Translations under genes and position numbers: made by a program
Assembly (NCBI GenBank): GCA_963744145.1
Contig: CAVUSO010000001.1
Span: 1,632,001-1,696,000, forward strand
DNA from: an uncultured cyanobacterium
GTDB taxonomy: Bacteria > Cyanobacteriota > Cyanobacteriia > Cyanobacteriales > CAWUOF01
Reading direction: 5' to 3'
DNA: 64,000 nt
In this document: positions 21,905-34,364 of the stretch, one piece after another
Layout of the letters: the number at the start of each line of letters is the position of its first letter
Numbering within the stretch: the stretch's first letter is position 1
The notes under the pieces: model-generated
Told to the model about the DNA's origin: nothing
What the model saw: only the letters and a program-made list of their open reading frames with translations
Databases searched by the model: none

Positions 21905-23569
21905 TCATCGCATAACTAACTGACCAAATAATCCGCCTTCACCGTTCCACTCCTTTTCCAGCAACCGTACCTCTAGCTCCAATAGACGACGGTAAGTCAG
22001 GGAATAGCCTGTAGCTGGATGTTTCCAACTTTCTTGCTTACGACGTTCATATAGGCTAACCAACTTGTGCCGTCCTGGCTCACTTAACCATACCTGTTCA
22101 CCTCGTATGGTAAAATCTGCCTGCGCGTCCCACTGACCGCGATTGACTGCACCCATTACAATCACATCCACCAAAGGCACCCGAAAAACTTCCATCAAAT
22201 CCAGTGCTAGAGGTGCAGCCTGAGAGCGCGGTTGATGATAAAAACCCAATGCAGGTTCTAATCCCACAGTCAGAATACTATTCATCACATCTTTAAGCAG
22301 GAGTGCATAGCCAAAACTCAGCAGAGCATTAAATCGGTCTTTGGGTGGACGGCGATTGCGACCATTAAAATGTAGTTCTGGATTAACTTCTGCGGAAATC
22401 AGACAGGGCAATGCCCCAAAATACAAAGCAGCCAAATTGCCTTCCAAGCCTAGTAGAGATTCCAAGGACTTAGCTTTGGGAACTTGTTTAAGGATAAGTC
22501 GCATCTGAGCGATCGCCCGTTTCAAAGCCTCTGGTGCTGGTTTAACTCCTCTTGTCCCTCGCATCAAAAATTTCCGCTGCCCCTGACCGCGACAGCTCAC
22601 CAGTTTGCAAGCTAGCTCCAAACAAGTATTGGAATTGCTCAAAGCCTCATACTGGCGAATACGACGCTGGATACTACCTTGTCGAGAATCAAAGCTACCA
22701 ATATAACGCCCTCCTCCAGAGATAAAATGCACACCAATACCCTGGTCAGTACAAAAGTGTAAGGCTTGAGTAGAGATTTGGGAAAAGCTGTGCAGCACTA
22801 ACTGTCCTACCTGATGGGCAGGAATAGTTTCTACTGGTTGAGCGCGACGGACAATTTTGAGCTGTTCTCCAGTGCGCCCAACACTTGTACCGGGTTCAAG
22901 AATATGGATTACCTGGCGATCGTCATCTGCTGGAAATAAGCGAATCGTTTCCTGCTCCTGGTTATGGGCAAGTCGGGCTTCTTCTGGAAGACAAACCGGA
23001 GCTAAAGAACAGCGGATACAAAGCCGTTCATTATCTGTGACGGGTGGACGACAAGAAGACTGTCTGATTTCTCGCGCTTGTTCGATCGCAGCTTTAACAC
23101 TTGCTCGTCCTTCATCATCAAGAGGTACATGCACCAGTACATTATCAGCATGATAACGGATACGACCTTCTTGGATAGGGATATTCAGGGCTGATTCCAG
23201 CAAACAAGCATAAGCAAGAACTTGAATGCGATCGCTTTCCCAAGCTTGGGGTTGCTTATTCTCATCTCGGTGACAGCGACCACGTTTGTGTTCATAGGGA
23301 ATAGTTTGTCCATCACGAGTACGGAGAGCATCGAGCCGACCACGTAAACCTAGTTCTTCACTTTCAAGAAATAATTCTTCCCACTCTTCATCTTCTTTTT
23401 TTTCAATTTCAACGTGCAGCCTACGTCCGGCAAAAACAGCCGCATCTTGCGTGTAAAGTTCTTCGACTTCTTCGAGATAGAATAGACGAGGACAATAAGC
23501 TAAAGCATGAAGGGCAGAGACGCGAATAGTAGCTGGTGAAACATCAATTTCAGGCGCAAACATAATCAT
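21905..23569 (-). CDS. cas1: Cas4-Cas1 fusion (Myxan type)
   Basis: N-terminal YCPR, D-x-EHK and CxxCxxxxxC Cas4 motifs; C-terminal LEG, FNALLSFGY, GFYH and DLME Cas1 motifs. GAGG RBS 5 nt before ATG 23569. Confidence 0.95.
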   Translation of the reverse strand: MIMFAPEIDVSPATIRVSALHALAYCPRLFYLEEVEELYTQDAAVFAGRRLHVEIEKKEDEEWEELFLESEELGLRGRLDALRTRDGQTIPYEHKRGRCHRDENKQPQAWESDRIQVLAYACLLESALNIPIQEGRIRYHADNVLVHVPLDDEGRASVKAAIEQAREIRQSSCRPPVTDNERLCIRCSLAPVCLPEEARLAHNQEQETIRLFPADDDRQVIHILEPGTSVGRTGEQLKIVRRAQPVETIPAHQVGQLVLHSFSQISTQALHFCTDQGIGVHFISGGGRYIGSFDSRQGSIQRRIRQYEALSNSNTCLELACKLVSCRGQGQRKFLMRGTRGVKPAPEALKRAIAQMRLILKQVPKAKSLESLLGLEGNLAALYFGALPCLISAEVNPELHFNGRNRRPPKDRFNALLSFGYALLLKDVMNSILTVGLEPALGFYHQPRSQAAPLALDLMEVFRVPLVDVIVMGAVNRGQWDAQADFTIRGEQVWLSEPGRHKLVSLYERRKQESWKHPATGYSLTYRRLLELEVRLLEKEWNGEGGLFGQLVMR

Positions 23570-23590
23570 GAATACCTCAAGGATAAGAAT

Positions 23591-23666
23591 TAGGTAAGCG
23601 CCCAAAGGCATCAAAGATTAAGGGGATTTTTGATAACGTTTTGCCGTATCAATAGTGCAATTAAAC
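23591..23666 (-). repeat. Degenerate CRISPR-repeat-like hairpin(s) in the cas5-cas4/1 intergenic region
   Basis: 23591-23626 matches the repeat at 20/36 positions (18/26 core) with a covarying stem pair; 23629-23666 is a weaker copy with its own hairpin. Confidence 0.65.
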
Positions 23667-23673
23667 TCTGTGG

Positions 23674-24372
23674 CTAGTCTGGTTTTTTAGGTGTCCATAT
23701 CCAAGCATTACTTGGTGGATATATAGACGGTTCAACAATGGGTGCAAATAGGTAATTCGTGGTTTTACTATTATCAAGGCGATCGATACCTACAGTCAAT
23801 CGATGCGATCGCTTACGTGGTGCTGAATCAATTTCCATCTTTTCATACCAGTGAGTTAATGGTGGGTGATCAACAATATCAATTCGATCAAACAGGAAGT
23901 TATTGTCCCCTGCAAATGGCATACCGTATCGGCGATCATTTAGTTCACCTCGTAAACCTTGACGAATGCGATCAAATAAGCCGTCAAATTCACAAATACC
24001 GATGATCATATCTAAACCAACCAGTAACTCTCTCCGCACAGGTACAATCCAATACTTAGCACCATGTGTTTTTATTTTCAATTCCTTCCCCGAAGCTCCG
24101 ACAGGATAACTATGAAGCTGTTGATAAAGGGTGCATATTTCACTTTCCGAACCATCAACTGCACCGATCGCTAACTGCAAATGGGGAATATCTGAACAAA
24201 TTTGGGTTGTTGGTTTATCCAACCCTGTTCGCATTTCAATCCCTGCCAGATTTAGCACTAAACCCAAAGCAGCAGATGGAGGCATGATCGGCATTGTTGA
24301 GCGATAAACACCAGCTTGAAAACCACGATAGGCAGCAAAGGGTGCACGAACGCGCAACCACATACAATTCAT
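23674..24372 (-). CDS. cas5: Cas5 (DevS/Cmx5 type)
   Basis: LRVRAPFAAYR, PPSAALGLVLNLAG and RRELL motifs. Confidence 0.93.
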   Translation of the reverse strand: MNCMWLRVRAPFAAYRGFQAGVYRSTMPIMPPSAALGLVLNLAGIEMRTGLDKPTTQICSDIPHLQLAIGAVDGSESEICTLYQQLHSYPVGASGKELKIKTHGAKYWIVPVRRELLVGLDMIIGICEFDGLFDRIRQGLRGELNDRRYGMPFAGDNNFLFDRIDIVDHPPLTHWYEKMEIDSAPRKRSHRLTVGIDRLDNSKTTNYLFAPIVEPSIYPPSNAWIWTPKKPD

Positions 24373-24381
24373 TACATTCTC

Positions 24382-25269
24382 CTAACCTAAAAATTCCTTC
24401 GCGATTTCAATTAGCAACTTTTGCGGATTTTCGTATAACTTGGCACCAGCATCTCCGTTTTCTAAACGTTTCCGTTCTTCAGCTTTCATATTGCGAACAA
24501 TCTCACCACCAATCCAAAACTCATTAGGTGGGAGATCTTCAGAATTCAATCGGGACAATTCAGGAAAGTTTCCAGTTTCATCAAAACCATAGGTATTAAA
24601 TCCTGCCACAAGACAAGGAGTAAGACGTGCAATAATACTCTTAGGAGCCATTTCGTAATAACTACGTGCGTGACCACCTGCTACATCTGAGAGTTCACTA
24701 ATTGCCTTAAGTAAAGCCTTTACCCAATTAGGCTGATCTTTACAGTCATTGTAAGCGAGAGCAAACGGATACTGATAAGCTGTATGAGAAATCTCACGAT
24801 GCAAAAGTGCCGAAGTAGATGAGTTTTTCCAAGGGCTATTTCCTGCATTGAGGGGAGATTGATGAAAAGTAGCATCAAATCGATAGGGATTTAAAGCTAG
24901 AGCCATATTCATTCGTAGAATACTATCGCGCTTTGGTGGCAATCCTTTGTTCTTTTTAATAGCATCATTATCTGCAACCATGAAGCCGAACAAGAAATCA
25001 TCAGCATATTTAGTAGCATTAGGGAATTCTTGAAACTCAACAGCAAGTTGGTCTTGATCATGCAAGCGTCGGCGGTTAGATGGTAAACCTGCGGCAATCA
25101 ACATTTCGCGCAAAGCATTACGCATAGACTCAGGACTGATGACGGTGTATTCCTTTTTGTCTTTCACAATTTTCTGGAGAACAGTACGGTTTTCTTCGCT
25201 TTCACCACGATAATTAGAACTTGGTGCAGCATAGGTGAGAATAGTTGCAAATAGATTCTTGTTAGACAT
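24382..25269 (-). CDS. cas7: Cas7 (DevR type)
   Basis: SNYRGESEENRTVLQK, ISPESMRNALRE, DDFLFGFM and VAGGHARS motifs. Confidence 0.93.
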   Translation of the reverse strand: MSNKNLFATILTYAAPSSNYRGESEENRTVLQKIVKDKKEYTVISPESMRNALREMLIAAGLPSNRRRLHDQDQLAVEFQEFPNATKYADDFLFGFMVADNDAIKKNKGLPPKRDSILRMNMALALNPYRFDATFHQSPLNAGNSPWKNSSTSALLHREISHTAYQYPFALAYNDCKDQPNWVKALLKAISELSDVAGGHARSYYEMAPKSIIARLTPCLVAGFNTYGFDETGNFPELSRLNSEDLPPNEFWIGGEIVRNMKAEERKRLENGDAGAKLYENPQKLLIEIAKEFLG

Positions 25270-25289
25270 TGTTTTTCTCCTGTAATTAA

Positions 25290-25667
25290 TTAGCTGTTAG
25301 CTGAAAGAGCAAGCATGGTCAAAGTACGCACTTTGTCTGTATCTTCATAGAGATCGCGAGTGAGTTTTTCAAAACTTTCCTCATTCATTCTTCGCTGTGG
25401 TACAGAACAAAGGGTAGAAGCAAAGTAATTGATAAAATCTGACTTTTCGGTACGGCTACGAACTTCGAGAAAAGCTGATTTAGCAATCTTGACTTTCTTC
25501 TCACGATATTCACTTTCTTTCGGTGAACCTTGTACATCCTTCCACTTAAGTTGATATTTACTATCCAACTTAGTCAATACATAGGATTGCACTAATTTGT
25601 ATATGAGTTTCTCACAAGAGTATTCGGAAACTTCAAGATCGGGATTTTGTTCTGTTTCTTCGGTCAT
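25290..25667 (-). CDS. cas11: Cas11 small subunit from an internal in-frame start in cas8 (125 aa)
   Basis: GAGGTGG RBS (25673-25679) 5 nt before in-frame ATG (Met424); internal Cas11 translation is established for type I-B. Confidence 0.75.
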   Translation of the reverse strand: MTEETEQNPDLEVSEYSCEKLIYKLVQSYVLTKLDSKYQLKWKDVQGSPKESEYREKKVKIAKSAFLEVRSRTEKSDFINYFASTLCSVPQRRMNEESFEKLTRDLYEDTDKVRTLTMLALSANS

Positions 25668-26936
25668 ATTTTCCACCTCATATTTGAATGATTCGCGAAC
25701 ATCATGACAGAAATAATCATTTGCCATCGTTTGTTCATAGGAAATAGTACATAGTAGCGAATCAAATCCTATATACCAAGCTTTATTACTTACTAGATTG
25801 AGCAATCTTTGGCGGCGAAATGTAGCGTGCCACAAATTGTTTCGGATGTCTCGATACTTATCAATCCATTCTGGTTCTGGTGGATCGAGCCTTATTGTAC
25901 CGAGAATGCGAACATTGTTACCTTGCTTTTCAGCGTGAATTACATCCACACCCATTACCAAATCACCGATGCTAGTTTCTAATCTAGAAACACGATCTCG
26001 CAATCTAGCCATCATATCTAAGGCTCCTTCTACCGCTAAATCAACTACAGCGTCACGAGGGCGATAGCCTGTAATTTCACTTCCGCGTTCTTTCAATAAC
26101 TCGAAAAATTCATCACAGAATGTTTTTAACTGTGCAATATCAGGAATAGCGATCGCATAGCCAACAAAATCGCGCTTACCTTCGTTGTTAATTACGGCTG
26201 GTATATAGATAGAAACTGCAAATACCCAAAAATGCAAAAGGAATTGATATCTTGCCCGATCCTTAAATGGTACATTTTCAGGATTACTAGCTTGCGCTCC
26301 TAAATAATAGGTACTCGGTAAGTCAACTGTAAACTCAGAAGGCTGTAAAAGTTCTTGCCAGATTTTATCAGCATCTTTGGTATAATAGTGACCCAAGGGC
26401 AAATTTACCCTTGATTCATAGGGTAATCGCGTGCTTGGAACACCGCGCAAAATACTCCAGAGCATATCTCGCCAAAGTTTAATCCACTTACCGCGATCGC
26501 CTTCAGGATCTGCATCAGCAATAAATGCACCTTTTGGCACAACTATCGGATAAATATAGACTTTTTTCTTGACAGGATTACCTTTTTTATCAACATCGTC
26601 TTTTTCTTCTTCTCGCAAATAAGGAATAACTTCCTTAGTACGAGAATTTTTCAAAACTTGCGTCCGTTCTTGTTCTTCCTCATTTGCAGCATAAACCTCA
26701 TTGAATAGAGCTTGTAAACCTAGTTGGTTAATTCGTAAAGTAACTGAGCGATCGCTTAAATGCTCAGTTTCACAAATTGCAATTCCATCCTGTTTCCATA
26801 GCTCAAAACGATTTAACCACCGCACCATCAAAACCAATCCTGCTAAACCAGCGCGATGCTGTGATGATGGCAACTCCGCCAAAGAATAGGTAAGATCCAA
26901 TACGTCAATATGTGTATTGATCTTTTTCTTAGCCAA
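25290..26936 (-). CDS. cas8: Cas8 large subunit (Cmx8 type)
   Basis: LPSSQHRAGLAGL, WRDMLWSILRGVP and EKQGNNVR motifs; position between cas3 and cas7. Confidence 0.9.
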   Translation of the reverse strand: MAKKKINTHIDVLDLTYSLAELPSSQHRAGLAGLVLMVRWLNRFELWKQDGIAICETEHLSDRSVTLRINQLGLQALFNEVYAANEEEQERTQVLKNSRTKEVIPYLREEEKDDVDKKGNPVKKKVYIYPIVVPKGAFIADADPEGDRGKWIKLWRDMLWSILRGVPSTRLPYESRVNLPLGHYYTKDADKIWQELLQPSEFTVDLPSTYYLGAQASNPENVPFKDRARYQFLLHFWVFAVSIYIPAVINNEGKRDFVGYAIAIPDIAQLKTFCDEFFELLKERGSEITGYRPRDAVVDLAVEGALDMMARLRDRVSRLETSIGDLVMGVDVIHAEKQGNNVRILGTIRLDPPEPEWIDKYRDIRNNLWHATFRRQRLLNLVSNKAWYIGFDSLLCTISYEQTMANDYFCHDVRESFKYEVENMTEETEQNPDLEVSEYSCEKLIYKLVQSYVLTKLDSKYQLKWKDVQGSPKESEYREKKVKIAKSAFLEVRSRTEKSDFINYFASTLCSVPQRRMNEESFEKLTRDLYEDTDKVRTLTMLALSANS

Positions 26937-29271
26937 GGTTTATCTCCTCCTGGTTTTTCGTTGAAAATCCCGATCGCTCATCATAATTACCTTCCCACTG
27001 AGCAACACCTAAATATTTTGGCAACCAACTTGGTTTTTCATCGGATGGGTTTACTGCTTGACGTGGAACGCTTATAATAAATCCGTCATAAGTTTGTTTC
27101 TTAGGCTTAGATTCAATACATTTCTTGACCTCATCAAGATCGCGATCTAAAATGCAAGGAAGAGCATACTCATCGGGATCACGGAAATTACCCATTGTGG
27201 CAAAATAACCACTTGTAAAGAATGATGGTAATCCATCGGCTGTTCTCTCTTCGTTGGCAAATTTCTCTAAAGCCTCAGCTAACTGCTTTTGACTGATATC
27301 ACCACTACCTAATTTATCAATAAAGGTTTTTGCAGTACCTAACTCTTTAGCCTCGTATGGCAAATCCTTTGGTGGTTTGTAAATATGTAGCATAGCCCGA
27401 AAATTATCACCTCTAGCCAAGTGACGATTAGCTCGTCCAAAACGTTGAACCAATGAGGATATTGGTGCAAGTTCAGTAATCAAAACATCAGCATCTAAAT
27501 CGAGGGACATTTCACAAACTTGTGTAGTTACAGCGATCGCCGACCGGCGATCGCCATCTTTTTGAAAAGCAAACGCTTTTACAGTATCCGCATGAACTTT
27601 TTGGCGATCCATCAATCGGAAGCGACTATGATAGGTCAAAACTTCCACATTCAATTCATCAGCCAACTTCTTGGAAATTGCCAAACAACGATCAACTGTA
27701 TTCACAACCCATAAAACTCTTTCACCTTGTCTATATGCCTGAATTGCCTTTGTAAAAGCATTCCTAAAACATTCTACAGGTTGAAGTCGATAGCGGGGGT
27801 GATTTTCTTTCTTTTCAAGGTCTTGCAGACTCTGGCGATCGCTTTCTGTTGGATAAACCTCTAACCCCAAATTCACAAGTTGTTTACGACGAGATGGGGG
27901 TAAAGTCGCAGTCATACATAAAACAGGGATATCGAAATGCTTGAGAAAAGCTATCAAACTATCAAACATCTTCAAATCGAAGCTATGGATCTCGTCAATA
28001 ATCAGAACGCTATCCGCTAAAGCAGGTAATAAACAGATACCACCATAATTATGTTCCATAAAGCCCAAAAATTGATCAACTGTTGCGCTAAAATACCGCC
28101 GCGACCAGAAACCTAAAGAAAACAAACGGTGATCACTTGTAAAGTCTTTTTCTTTCATTGATTCGGGTGGGTTAGAAGCGATTGCTTCCAGTTCATAACG
28201 GGCTGTACCCGTCACTAATGCTGCATCAGTTTCAGGTGCCCAACTCACATAATCTTTAAAACCCTCTGTAGCAGTACCGCGTGTGGGATAGAGAAAAATC
28301 ACTTTCCCAACTTTATAATGCTTAACCTGTTCCTCAGCCCATTTCCAAGCTGCAAGGGTTTTACCTGCACCGCAAGCTGCCAAAAGTAAAACTCGCGATC
28401 CTTTTTGCGCTGCTAATCTTTGAAATTCATCCCATTTGAAGCTACCTTTATCTTTGATTATTTTTTCAATACGAGGATTAATAATCTTTGTAGTGATATC
28501 TGCACTAGAAATATTATCACTATGGACAACATCTTCAATCCAATCATAAATATTTTTATTCTCTCTAACTAATCCAGAAGCAACCGCATCAGAGACAATC
28601 AGTCCTGCTTTTACCCCTAAAAGTAATCTTCTTCTTTCTTCGGTTATTTGACGCATTAGCTTCTTGGCTGTATCCATCCCTTCTGTCCGTGCTTTAGACC
28701 ATATAGGGTCATTTTGAGAGAAAGTAGAAAATGAAAGTTCAGGTGGTTTGTCAAGAGCCGCAATATTAGCAATTTCTTCCAAAATGCTTTTAACTTCATC
28801 ATGTAGCAAATAAAGCCGAACAGATCCACGAAGTTTATTTGGTTTTGCCCATTCGCGATCACCTTTGCTAGAAGCTTTTAAATGATGGGACAATACCGCT
28901 GCTGTTATAATTTCAACATCTAAAGGTGTTCGATTTAACCAAGAGCGTATTTGAGGTAAGTGTAGTATCAAAGCACTGATATGTTCGTGTCTGAAAGTCT
29001 GAGTGGAACCTTTTAATACAGCGTCATAGAATTCTTCATTCGCCTTTCCAACGTCATGAAATAAGGCTGCAATACGCAAATTCAAAAGAAATTTATGTTG
29101 CTCTTTCTCACTTGTTAACTGAAAAAAACGACACCAGTTTTGCCCCCAACGACCATCTAATCGAAATATTTGATGTGCAGATTTCTCTGTATCTAATAAA
29201 TGCTCTTGCAATGTAACAATGCGATCGCCAAGTTTACTTTTTGCTAAGAGTTGTTCTGGTAAGTTTGCCAT
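26929..29271 (-). CDS. cas3: Cas3 HD nuclease-helicase
   Basis: HDVGK, RHEH and SHH HD motifs; GAGKT, DEIH, TAT and QRFGRANR helicase motifs. Confidence 0.96.
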   Translation of the reverse strand: MANLPEQLLAKSKLGDRIVTLQEHLLDTEKSAHQIFRLDGRWGQNWCRFFQLTSEKEQHKFLLNLRIAALFHDVGKANEEFYDAVLKGSTQTFRHEHISALILHLPQIRSWLNRTPLDVEIITAAVLSHHLKASSKGDREWAKPNKLRGSVRLYLLHDEVKSILEEIANIAALDKPPELSFSTFSQNDPIWSKARTEGMDTAKKLMRQITEERRRLLLGVKAGLIVSDAVASGLVRENKNIYDWIEDVVHSDNISSADITTKIINPRIEKIIKDKGSFKWDEFQRLAAQKGSRVLLLAACGAGKTLAAWKWAEEQVKHYKVGKVIFLYPTRGTATEGFKDYVSWAPETDAALVTGTARYELEAIASNPPESMKEKDFTSDHRLFSLGFWSRRYFSATVDQFLGFMEHNYGGICLLPALADSVLIIDEIHSFDLKMFDSLIAFLKHFDIPVLCMTATLPPSRRKQLVNLGLEVYPTESDRQSLQDLEKKENHPRYRLQPVECFRNAFTKAIQAYRQGERVLWVVNTVDRCLAISKKLADELNVEVLTYHSRFRLMDRQKVHADTVKAFAFQKDGDRRSAIAVTTQVCEMSLDLDADVLITELAPISSLVQRFGRANRHLARGDNFRAMLHIYKPPKDLPYEAKELGTAKTFIDKLGSGDISQKQLAEALEKFANEERTADGLPSFFTSGYFATMGNFRDPDEYALPCILDRDLDEVKKCIESKPKKQTYDGFIISVPRQAVNPSDEKPSWLPKYLGVAQWEGNYDERSGFSTKNQEEINLG

Positions 29272-29922
29272 TTATTTAACCTCTTTCATTGGCATAAATA
29301 CACCGCAACCCATACGATGCTTACCACCCAATCCAGAAACCTGTAACTTAATCGAGTCTTCCTCACTTAAGCCCGATACTTCCAGCCCAAACCCTACTAC
29401 AGTATAGGTCTTGATTTTGATGGTCTTGCGATCTGCTTTCCCCTCAGTATTCAAAGGCAAAATTACCTCACCCATAACTCCCAAATCCGCTAATTGTAAC
29501 TTTGCCGCTTGCAAAAAACTCTCTGGTTCCTGATAGTTTTTGATAATAACAATCCGAGCGCGTAATCTCTCAGCAGGACGCAACATAAAAATTTGCGGAA
29601 TACCCAATTGAATTGAATGCCCCCCAATAGTTAACCGTTTTCCCGCCAAGTGATAAATCGTAGGCATACACTCATAGGGCAACCGAATGCGTAAATGCGA
29701 TCGCTCGGTCAAAAAAATCTGGCCTTGCTTATCCGGAATTCCAGCAATTGTGAGAATACTCAAACCATCTTGCTGGTGAATTTGGGGAGCTAAATGAGCG
29801 ATCGCGCTATACAACCCATAACCATGATCGGCGGGAAGCGTCTGCCCAACTACTCCAAAACTCAACTCCACACAAGGCAAACTACCTAACTGTGTAACTG
29901 AACCGTATTCATTTGCCAGCAT
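29272..29922 (-). CDS. cas6: Cas6 endoribonuclease (Cmx6 type)
   Basis: LPADHGYGLYSAI; glycine-rich GLGGKHRMGCGVF. Confidence 0.95.
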   Translation of the reverse strand: MLANEYGSVTQLGSLPCVELSFGVVGQTLPADHGYGLYSAIAHLAPQIHQQDGLSILTIAGIPDKQGQIFLTERSHLRIRLPYECMPTIYHLAGKRLTIGGHSIQLGIPQIFMLRPAERLRARIVIIKNYQEPESFLQAAKLQLADLGVMGEVILPLNTEGKADRKTIKIKTYTVVGFGLEVSGLSEEDSIKLQVSGLGGKHRMGCGVFMPMKEVK

Positions 29923-30904
29923 CCTTGTCTCCTAAAGAGTTTGAATAAATACTGTACATTTGCTTTATTTCTTCCTGAACCATCTGCACCAATTCTGGTG
30001 GAGCCTTTACCACTGCTCCCTTCCCATAGCCCAAAACCCACCGTTTTAGATCATTTATCCCCCGGACTACCATACACAAGGTTAATGACCCATCAGAATG
30101 TTCTTGGATCTTCTGTGTTGAATGCCAGCATCGCTCCCGGATGTACGGAGCTGTTGGTGCATCAAACCAAATAGCAACTGAGTGTTCTATTCCACCCGCT
30201 TCATGCTGGAAAATCATCGCCAGATGATCTTTTGCATTGAATAAAGGGTTTGGCACAAAAGTTGATTCCAATATCTGAAGTTGCTTAATCCGATCAACAC
30301 GAAACCAGCGAATCTCCTGACGGTTATGGCAGTAACCAATCACATAGGGATTAGTGCCACGATAAATATACAAAACATAAGGATCGAGCTTGCGTGTTGA
30401 AACTGTATCCCGACTAGCAGTGTAATAGGTCATCTCAACTGTTTTATGAATCTGACAAGCTTCTTCTAGCTGATGCCATATCTCTGGATTTAGGTCGATC
30501 TGTGCTCCGGCCCGAAACAAAATCCGCTCCTCTGCTAACTCTTGCAGATCAACCCATGTTTCCTCTGGCAGCCGCTCCTTCAACCGTTCAATCGCTGAAC
30601 GCAACTTCTCCGCCCAAACTGAACCAGCATAAGTTTCTAGCATCCGCGCTCCCAAAGTAAGAGCAAACAGTTCTCCTTGGGAGAGAGAAATGCTTGGTAA
30701 GCGCCACTGGGAATTAGTGTAATGAAAACCTTGTTGAGGATTATATGCCAATGGAGCACTGAAGCGATCGCGCAAAAACGCTATATCATTACGAACAGTA
30801 CGCTCACTAACTTCTAAAGTTAAAGCTATTTTGGCTGTTGTCGGTCGTTTTGCAGTCCGCAGCAGCTCATCAAGTTGCAATAATCTTTCTAAGTGACGAG
30901 ACAT
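29909..30904 (-). CDS. HTH-WYL-WCX transcriptional regulator heading the cas operon
   Basis: LEVSERTVRNDI HTH; R-x-x-DPY, YVIGYC and RWFRVDRI WYL motifs; WVLGYG...PPEL WCX. Confidence 0.93.
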   Translation of the reverse strand: MSRHLERLLQLDELLRTAKRPTTAKIALTLEVSERTVRNDIAFLRDRFSAPLAYNPQQGFHYTNSQWRLPSISLSQGELFALTLGARMLETYAGSVWAEKLRSAIERLKERLPEETWVDLQELAEERILFRAGAQIDLNPEIWHQLEEACQIHKTVEMTYYTASRDTVSTRKLDPYVLYIYRGTNPYVIGYCHNRQEIRWFRVDRIKQLQILESTFVPNPLFNAKDHLAMIFQHEAGGIEHSVAIWFDAPTAPYIRERCWHSTQKIQEHSDGSLTLCMVVRGINDLKRWVLGYGKGAVVKAPPELVQMVQEEIKQMYSIYSNSLGDKDAGK

Positions 30905-30936
30905 AGACGAAATAAATTTAAGTTAATATAACTAAA

Positions 30937-30970
30937 ACTTTAATGGAGCTACCCGGCAAAAACCTTGCCG
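30937..30970 (-). promoter_or_regulatory. Candidate WYL operator and -10 element
   Basis: Palindrome CGGCAA-N5-TTGCCG (30954-30970); minus-strand TAAAGT at 30942-30937. Confidence 0.55.
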
Positions 30971-31024
30971 CCTTCAGCAAATTTATAAGATTAATTCTTA
31001 GTAATTGATAAAAAATAAACAGCC

Positions 31025-31058
31025 CAAAGCCCCTCCATAATAAAATGAAGGGGCTTTG
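31025..31058 (-). terminator. rrn operon intrinsic terminator
   Basis: Stem CAAAGCCCCT/AGGGGCTTTG after 5S, followed by a T-rich tract on the minus strand. Confidence 0.75.
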
Positions 31059-31071
31059 AGTGAAATAATAA

Positions 31072-31189
31072 CCTGGCACCGAGCTATTTTCCCAGGCAGC
31101 AACCCGCCAAGTATCTTCGCCGCAGCAGCGTTTCACAACTGAGTTCGGGATGGGGTCAGAGTGGGACCACTGCGCCAACAGCACCAGGA
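31072..31189 (-). rRNA. rrf: 5S rRNA
   Basis: TCCTGGTG...CCGAACTCAGTTGTGAAACG...CCAGG. Confidence 0.96.
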
Positions 31190-31272
31190 AAGCTGTAGGA
31201 CTCTCAAAAGACAGAGACCTGAAGACTGCATAAAAAACAAGTCAAGAAGCGACATCGAAACCAAAAATTAGA

Positions 31273-34151
<2,879 letters not shown>

Positions 34152-34364
34152 ACTTTTGTTCAAACTTTTTTGGCTTGTTTTTTTGCTTAGTAAGAAATTG
34201 CTGTGGTTTCTTCTTCAGAAACTTCACTTTCTCACCTGCTTTCTGACTTGTTTTTATGCAGTTTTCAAGGTTCTGGCTGGGAAAGAGCCCCAGCAGTCCG
34301 TGCCCTGGTCTACCCAAGTTCACGCTTTGCTGAGTTCTGTTGTTCTAGCAGTTACTTCTGCTAG

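Noticed and set aside
23570..23614. N-terminal extension MMPLGAYL of Cas4/1 in the ORF track
   Set aside because: The RBS supports ATG 23569; the extension overlaps the repeat-like element.
23570..23628. A CreA/CreR-type guide targeting the WYL promoter
   Set aside because: Best matches seen are only 8-9 nt of AT-rich sequence (e.g. TAATTCTTA), and the two mimics are only 2 nt apart; not supportable by eye.
10453..30904. CRISPR-associated transposon (type I-B CAST)
   Set aside because: No tnsA/B/C or tniQ; cas3 and the adaptation genes are intact; the transposases are ordinary IS elements with their own TIRs.
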